IMG/VR virus record: IMGVR_UViG_2974569618_000001
Location: 1 to 11,929 of that record
Strand: one strand, 5' to 3'
Source: a virus
Lineage: Duplodnaviria > Heunggongvirae > Uroviricota > Caudoviricetes > Schitoviridae
Length of the DNA stretch: 11,929 bases
Below, piece after piece: positions 7,108 to 11,929 of the stretch. The notes under the pieces were generated by a model, which saw only the letters and a list, made by a program, of their open reading frames with translations, was not told the DNA's origin and ran no database searches. The translations under genes were made by a program, and so were the position numbers. The number at the start of each line of letters is the position of its first letter. The stretch's first letter is position 1.

Positions 7108-9516
7108 ATGCGACAAGCACGTTTCACCGTAACGCTGTCACAAGCGTCTACGGATACCGTGACTGTCGATTGGAAAACTGTCGATGGATCGGCAGTTTCA
7201 CCAAGCGACTATACGGCAGCAAACGGTACTCTCACTTTTAAACCGGGTGAGACTACCAAAGATATTCTTGTAGCCGTTCGTGATTACGTCGAAGGGTCTA
7301 CTGATGAAGGTTTTACTGTTGAGTTAAGCAATGCATCGAATGCCAATCTTGATACCAAGACAGCAGGTTCCGCTGTCATTCCGGGTGATCCGGCTGCTCT
7401 GCCTTCTTATTTGGATCGTTTCAATACGGTCTATGAAGCAGTGCATAAAACCGACAACGGTTACTTCGGCCCACCATCGGGTAATGCTGCCCGTACCGTT
7501 CCGTACCACTGTATCGAAACTCTGATCTGCGAAGCACCAGACTGGGGTCATCAAACAGTATCGGAAACCGCTTCTTTCTATGTTGGTCTGGAAGCGTGGC
7601 ACGGTCTGCTGAATAACAAGTGGGATGGGTACAATCTGGCATGGTCAGTCATTGATCAGGTCTATGTGCCGAAAACTACGAACCAGCCAACGAAGGTATA
7701 TAAGCCAGCTAAACCTGCTGACTATACCCCAGAAGGTGATACACCATCTGCTTACCCAACTTTGGGTGATTCCACTGCTGCCGTGGGTATCGATCCACTG
7801 GCTGATGAACTGGAGTCCACCTACGGTAATAAGAGTGTATATCTCATGCACTGGATCATCGATGTTGATGGTGCATACGGTTTCCACAATGGTGATGGTT
7901 CCAAGTTCAACGTGTTCATCAACACGTACCAACGTGGTTTGCAGGAATCTGCATGGGAAACCATTCCTCAGCCTGAGTGGGAAGATTGGCAGTTTGGTAA
8001 TACCTATGGCTTCCTGCCTCTGTTTACTCAGGGTCTGCCTTTGTATCCAGCAGCAGAAAACGAATACGGTAAGCAATGGCGTTATACCTGTGCTCCCGAT
8101 GCAGAAGCTCGTGCAATTCAATGGGCATTCTGGGCGCAGAAATGGGCTAATGCATCTGGCAAAGCAGGATCAATTTCTGTTGCTACTGCCAATGCTAAAA
8201 AGATGGGTGACTATCTTCGTTATTGCCTGTTTGACAAGTATTTCCGTCAGATTGGCCCTAACCGTGCTCAGGGTTCCAACAACGATGATCCATACACAGC
8301 ATGTCACTACCTGATTTCATGGTATGTGTCATGGGGTGGTCAGGTTCCTACCTCTACGGGTGATGCTTACTGGGGATTCCGTGTTGGTTCCTCTGAGGCA
8401 CACTTTGGTTATCAGGCTCCTGATATTGCCTACTTCATGGCAAAAGAAGGCGGTGCATTTACACCTCTTTCTGGATCAGCATCTGATATTTGGCTGGGTT
8501 CTCTGTACCGTCAACTTGAGATGATCCGTTGGTTGCAGACCGAAGCTGGCCCAATTGCTGGTGGTGTGTCGAACTCATGGCATGGTCGTTATGAAACACC
8601 TAACGATGGTCGTGATAACTTCACGTTTTATGGTATGCATTATACCTATGCACCAGTCTGGCATGATCCACCGTCAAACAACTGGTTTGGTTTCCAAGCA
8701 TGGGGCTTAGGCCGTGTTGCTGACCTGTACAAAGAGGTAGCACTTAAAACTGATACTCTCAGCGTCAATGTTCGTAACATGTGTGGTGTGATTCTGGATC
8801 GCTTCCTTAACTGGATCCTCGACAATGTTAAAGTCGATGTGACAGCAGGAACCATGACACTGCCTGATACCCTGAACTGGACTTCACCGACTCAGGTTGC
8901 TGGTACTACCAACAGAGCCAACCTTGAAGGTGTGTATGAATACATTCCTTCTATGGCATGGGATGGAACAGGCGATACCACAACGTTCTGGAGCAACTCA
9001 AGTGTGCCAAACCCAACACTGAAATTCCGTGTTGTGGCTACAGGTAAAGACTTAGGCGTTGCTTCTTCATTGGCTCTTTTGATGCTGCATCACGCTGCTG
9101 CTAAACGAGACATGAATCAGTTTGACGCTAAACTCGGAGTAGGCAATCATACTGCTCGTGAGGTCTACCAGATGGCTAAAGATCTGGTTGACGTTATGTG
9201 GGGTCAGCATTGGGATGGTGTTGGTATCTGCCGTGAAGAGGGTCGTTCGGACTACAACCGTTATAACCAACAGTTGTATGTTCCACCGAACTATCAGGGA
9301 ACGATGCCTAACGGTGATCCAATCAATGCCAGTTCGACGTTTATTTCTATTCGTAGCTGGCAGAAAGCTGATCCAGATTGGCCTAAGATTCAGGCTTATC
9401 TCGATAGTCAGACGGAAAGCAGTATTCCTAAGTTCACATACCATCGTTTCTGGGGTCAATGTGAGTATGCCATGTGTTGTGGTGCTTTATACCACTACTT
9501 TAATGACATAAACTAA
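7108..9516 (+). CDS. GH48 cellulase (processive exo-/endo-glucanase family) with an N-terminal Calx-beta domain lacking its first strand, 802 aa
   Basis: GH48 motifs EAPDWGHQTVSE (catalytic acid E153, nt 7564), YQRGLQESAWETIPQP, QWRYTCAPDAEARAIQ (putative base D331, nt 8098), FDKYFRQIG, HYLISWYVSWGG, SSEAHFGYQ, WHDPPSNNWFGFQAW, FTYHRFWGQ. Residues 1-94 match Calx-beta (FTVTLS..STDTVTVDWKTVDGSA....DY....GTLTFKPGETTKDI.V.V.D......DEGFTVELSN). No signal peptide. RBS AAGGA. Confidence 0.95.
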   Translation: MRQARFTVTLSQASTDTVTVDWKTVDGSAVSPSDYTAANGTLTFKPGETTKDILVAVRDYVEGSTDEGFTVELSNASNANLDTKTAGSAVIPGDPAALPSYLDRFNTVYEAVHKTDNGYFGPPSGNAARTVPYHCIETLICEAPDWGHQTVSETASFYVGLEAWHGLLNNKWDGYNLAWSVIDQVYVPKTTNQPTKVYKPAKPADYTPEGDTPSAYPTLGDSTAAVGIDPLADELESTYGNKSVYLMHWIIDVDGAYGFHNGDGSKFNVFINTYQRGLQESAWETIPQPEWEDWQFGNTYGFLPLFTQGLPLYPAAENEYGKQWRYTCAPDAEARAIQWAFWAQKWANASGKAGSISVATANAKKMGDYLRYCLFDKYFRQIGPNRAQGSNNDDPYTACHYLISWYVSWGGQVPTSTGDAYWGFRVGSSEAHFGYQAPDIAYFMAKEGGAFTPLSGSASDIWLGSLYRQLEMIRWLQTEAGPIAGGVSNSWHGRYETPNDGRDNFTFYGMHYTYAPVWHDPPSNNWFGFQAWGLGRVADLYKEVALKTDTLSVNVRNMCGVILDRFLNWILDNVKVDVTAGTMTLPDTLNWTSPTQVAGTTNRANLEGVYEYIPSMAWDGTGDTTTFWSNSSVPNPTLKFRVVATGKDLGVASSLALLMLHHAAAKRDMNQFDAKLGVGNHTAREVYQMAKDLVDVMWGQHWDGVGICREEGRSDYNRYNQQLYVPPNYQGTMPNGDPINASSTFISIRSWQKADPDWPKIQAYLDSQTESSIPKFTYHRFWGQCEYAMCCGALYHYFNDIN

Positions 9517-9532
9517 GGCCGTTCCGACACAC

Positions 9533-9560
9533 AGGGGAGTCTGAATAGACTCCCTTTTTT
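9533..9560 (+). terminator. Strong Rho-independent terminator
   Basis: GGGAGTCT (9535-9542), loop GAAT, AGACTCCC (9547-9554), followed by TTTTTT (9555-9560). Confidence 0.9.
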
Positions 9561-9584
9561 ATTACCTGCGAGGAAGCAATAGAG

Positions 9585-9920
9585 ATGGCGGATAATATTG
9601 AAGTCCATGTGCAAATGGCCCGTCTTGAGGAACGCCTAAAGATTATTACTGAGGGTTTAGCTCAAGATAGAGAATCTCGAAAACAACAATATGAAGCGAC
9701 AGCAGAGATTACTAAGATCCTTGCTTCACTTGATAATCGTGTTGGTGTCGTAGAAAAGGGCTTCGCTGAGTCTGCCCCGACTATTGAAGAGTTCATTACC
9801 ATCAAACACCGTGTTGTTGGTGCTGGTCTTGCTGGGAAGTGGATCTGGGCGGGTGCAGGAGCAATCCTCACTTTCTTGTTTACGTTCCGAAAAGAGATTA
9901 TTGCATGGCTTTCAAAGTGA
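9585..9920 (+). CDS. Lysis-cassette membrane protein (holin or antiholin; N4 gp63-like position), 111 aa
   Basis: N-terminal amphipathic/coiled-coil region plus one C-terminal hydrophobic segment (VVGAGLAGKWIWAGAGAILTFLFTF) followed by RKE. First gene of the cassette. Holin versus antiholin cannot be decided from sequence. Confidence 0.6.
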   Translation: MADNIEVHVQMARLEERLKIITEGLAQDRESRKQQYEATAEITKILASLDNRVGVVEKGFAESAPTIEEFITIKHRVVGAGLAGKWIWAGAGAILTFLFTFRKEIIAWLSK

Positions 9921-10150
9921 TAGAAAATTGGAAACGAGCACACAAGTTCGGATCTATTTGGTGGGCAATTGCAGGTGTAATTGCAATGCTTCTGGAGATA
10001 TTCAATAACACTTGGTTCAGCTTACCAAAAGACATTCAGGATAAGATCCCTAATGCTCCTTTGGTAAGCCTGCTCATGTTTATTGCGATCATCATCTCCC
10101 GTGTAATCGTTTGGGTTCGCCCGGAGAAAGAAGACGATGGCTCTAAGTAA
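9905..10150 (+). CDS. Putative two-TM holin-family protein, 81 aa
   Basis: Start reassigned to ATG 9905 (overlaps previous gene by 16 nt). Basic-aromatic N-terminus VIENWKRAHKFGSIW is typical of a phage holin family; TM1 ~aa 15-33, TM2 ~aa 51-71; charged C-tail RPEKEDDGSK; directly precedes the endolysin. Confidence 0.7.
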   Translation: MAFKVIENWKRAHKFGSIWWAIAGVIAMLLEIFNNTWFSLPKDIQDKIPNAPLVSLLMFIAIIISRVIVWVRPEKEDDGSK

Positions 10151-10742
10151 AACAGCAAAAGTTGGTGGTGGTATTGGCTCAGTTGCTGCTGCCATTATTG
10201 CAGCAATTTTTGCAGTCGAAGGTGGGTACGTGAATGACCCAAAGGATCCGGGTGGTGAAACCAATCATGGTGTCACCAAAGTAGTTGCCCAACAAAATGG
10301 ATATACAGGGGCAATGAAGGATCTAACGCTTGATATGGCTCAGTCCATTTACTACAAAGACTACATTGAGAAACCGGGATTCGTTCCTCTTTTAACAGTC
10401 GCCCCAGTTGTGACACAGAAATTGGTAGATTCTGGCGTAAACACTGGGCCTGCTCGTCCTTCTCGTTGGTTCCAAGAGTCACTTAACTCTCTGAACCGGA
10501 ATGGCAAAGACTACCCTCAAATTAATGTTGATGGTAAAGTTGGCTCAGGAACAATTGCAGCCTACAAATCTCTGCAACGAGTACGTGGAAATGTTAAAGC
10601 CTGCGAACTGATGATCAAGCTACTTGATGCACAGCAAGCCAGCTACTACATGAGCCTGACTAACCTCAAGCAGTACACGGTTGGTTGGATTGATAACCGT
10701 ATTGGGAATATCCCAATCAGCCGTTGCCAAGAGGAAAAGTAA
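10137..10742 (+). CDS. SAR endolysin, GH108 N-acetylmuramidase (N4 gp61-like) with C-terminal peptidoglycan-binding region, 201 aa
   Basis: EGGYVNDPKDPGGETNHGVT is the GH108 signature (E28). A Gly/Ala-rich weakly hydrophobic segment (aa 9-27, VGGGIGSVAAAIIAAIFAV) after basic residues is a signal-arrest-release domain. VDGKVGSGT PG-binding-type motif. Confidence 0.92.
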   Translation: MALSKTAKVGGGIGSVAAAIIAAIFAVEGGYVNDPKDPGGETNHGVTKVVAQQNGYTGAMKDLTLDMAQSIYYKDYIEKPGFVPLLTVAPVVTQKLVDSGVNTGPARPSRWFQESLNSLNRNGKDYPQINVDGKVGSGTIAAYKSLQRVRGNVKACELMIKLLDAQQASYYMSLTNLKQYTVGWIDNRIGNIPISRCQEEK

Positions 10743-10746
10743 AATT

Positions 10747-11304
10747 ATGGGCCTGAGCAATTCTGTTAGAAACGCAATACTGGCCCTGTTCCTTCTTCTG
10801 GTTCTATTCGGTGAATACAAACTGTGGTCTGCTGGTGTAGACCACGGTTCTAATGCAGTCACCAAACTGTGGAACCAAGACAAAGAGAAACAGGCTAAAG
10901 CTCTGCAAGATGCCAAAGACAAAAATGCTTTGCTGATGGCAGATAACCGTTCACTCTCTGAGAAACTTACCCATGACCTTGCCAAACAAGAAACTGCTCA
11001 TCAAGTCGAGCTTGCTCGTGCTAAGTCTGAGTTTGATAACCGCTTGCTCCAGTCAGAAAAAAGAGCCAGCGTATATAAACGAATGTCCGAAGCTGGATCC
11101 ACTGAGTGTGGAAATCTCGCAAGCCATGCAGCCGAACTCGACAGATCTCTTGAACAGGGCAGACAATTGGTACGTGAACTCAGGGAAACTCTTAGATACC
11201 GTGACGAGCAACTGAGATCAGTAAGTGCTAAATTACTCGCTGACAGAAACCTACTAACTTCGGATGATGCAGATGGAAGACAAAATTCTACCTCGCACAA
11301 GTGA
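10747..11304 (+). CDS. Rz: i-spanin (Rz-like), 185 aa
   Basis: N-terminal TM (AILALFLLLVLFG), long periplasmic coiled-coil, one periplasmic Cys (C121), follows the endolysin and contains the o-spanin. Start ATG 10747 (GAGGA RBS) rather than TTG 10681. Confidence 0.88.
   Translation: MGLSNSVRNAILALFLLLVLFGEYKLWSAGVDHGSNAVTKLWNQDKEKQAKALQDAKDKNALLMADNRSLSEKLTHDLAKQETAHQVELARAKSEFDNRLLQSEKRASVYKRMSEAGSTECGNLASHAAELDRSLEQGRQLVRELRETLRYRDEQLRSVSAKLLADRNLLTSDDADGRQNSTSHK
10973..11215 (+). CDS. Rz1: o-spanin lipoprotein (Rz1-like), 80 aa, embedded in the +1 frame of Rz
   Basis: Signal peptide MTLPNKKLLIKSSLLVLSLSL, lipobox ITA|C25, Ser at +2 (outer-membrane sorting), Pro-containing periplasmic part with a second Cys (C38). 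Fully nested in the i-spanin gene as in lambda Rz/Rz1. Confidence 0.9.
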   Translation: MTLPNKKLLIKSSLLVLSLSLITACSSQKKEPAYINECPKLDPLSVEISQAMQPNSTDLLNRADNWYVNSGKLLDTVTSN

Positions 11305-11929
11305 AGAGGCTACTGAGAAAAAGTTAACTGACTGGAGTAACGAACCAACGTTACGTCAGTTGAAAGTTGACTTTGATCAGTCAAAGCCCGCACATGATGC
11401 TCAGGTTGGTCGTATTAAACACTGGCAGGATCTGCTCAATGTAACCGGAGCACAGAAGCCACCAAAGGTAAAAGGCCGTTCTTCGGTACAGCCAAAGTTG
11501 GTGAAGCGTCAGGCTGAATGGCGTTACTCAGCACTGACAGAACCTTTTCTTGGTTCCAACAAGCTGTTTAATGTCAGCCCGGTAACGTTTGAAGATGCTC
11601 CTGCTGCTGTTCAAAATGAACTCGTTCTGAACTGGCAGTTTCGCACCAAACTGAACCGTGTGAGTCTGATCGATACTTTCGTCCGAACCACAGTGGATGA
11701 AGGTACTTCTATTGCTCGTATTGGCTGGAAACGTGTCACTGTTAAAGTGAAAAAAGAAGTCCCTGTGTACTCGTATTATCAAATCGAGCAACAGGAACAA
11801 CTTCAACAGTTACAGCAAGCAATCGAACTGGAACAAGACAACCCACGAATGTTCCATGAGCAAGCACCACCTGAACTGGCTGCTGCACTGGAATATTACA
11901 AAGAATCTGGTGTTCCTGTTTATGCTGAA
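11273..11929 (+). CDS. Portal protein (N4 gp59-like), 5' part only; runs off the window
   Basis: Manual translation, open to the window end: MEDKILPRTSEEATEKKLTDWSNEPTLRQLKVDFDQSKPAHDAQVGRIKHWQDLLNVTGAQKPPKVKGRSSVQPKLVKRQAEWRYSALTEPFLGS... The LTDW.NEPT and GRSSVQPKL..QAEWRYSAL.EPFL motifs match N4-like portals. In-frame ATGs at 11264, 11267 and 11273; overlaps the Rz 3' end. Confidence 0.92.
   Translation, partial: MEDKILPRTSEEATEKKLTDWSNEPTLRQLKVDFDQSKPAHDAQVGRIKHWQDLLNVTGAQKPPKVKGRSSVQPKLVKRQAEWRYSALTEPFLGSNKLFNVSPVTFEDAPAAVQNELVLNWQFRTKLNRVSLIDTFVRTTVDEGTSIARIGWKRVTVKVKKEVPVYSYYQIEQQEQLQQLQQAIELEQDNPRMFHEQAPPELAAALEYYKESGVPVYAE

Noticed and set aside
7092-7110. Read-through or frameshift fusion of GH5 and GH48
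   Set aside because: Double stop TAATAA, GH48 start is in the +1 frame, it has its own AAGGA RBS, and no slippery heptamer is visible.
7625-8314. 229-aa +1-frame ORF inside the GH48 gene
   Set aside because: L/M/V/I-rich composition is expected from T-ending codons of the main frame; no recognisable motif; fully overlaps a highly conserved catalytic domain.
1-11929. CRISPR arrays, rRNA, integrase or transposase
   Set aside because: No repeat-spacer array, structural RNA signature or recombinase motif seen anywhere in the window.

Overview
This window is the late (packaging, tail and lysis) arm of an N4-like podophage (Schitoviridae), read from at or near one genome end, with all genes on the + strand. 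Order: a ~430-bp non-coding terminal region with a hairpin matching N4 virion-RNAP promoter geometry; an N4 Gp49-family protein; a gp69-like probable terminase small subunit; terminase large subunit; a gp67-like virion adaptor; a gp66-like fibre made of 26 decad repeats; a 3xASH(Ig)-GH5 endoglucanase; a Calx-beta-GH48 cellulase; a strong terminator; a complete lysis cassette (two membrane proteins, SAR GH108 endolysin, embedded Rz/Rz1 spanins); and the 5' part of the gp59-like portal gene, which the ORF track misses because it runs off the window. The two signal-peptide-less cellulases sit where N4-like phages carry receptor-binding proteins, suggesting a cellulose-targeting virion (similar in concept to Erwinia phage S6, from memory). 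The most striking observation is an apparently split Calx-beta domain: its first beta-strand is in the middle of the GH5 protein and the rest forms the N-terminus of the GH48 protein. This suggests the two enzymes dock by beta-strand complementation into a phage 'mini-cellulosome'. All family assignments are from motif recognition by eye, not database searches.
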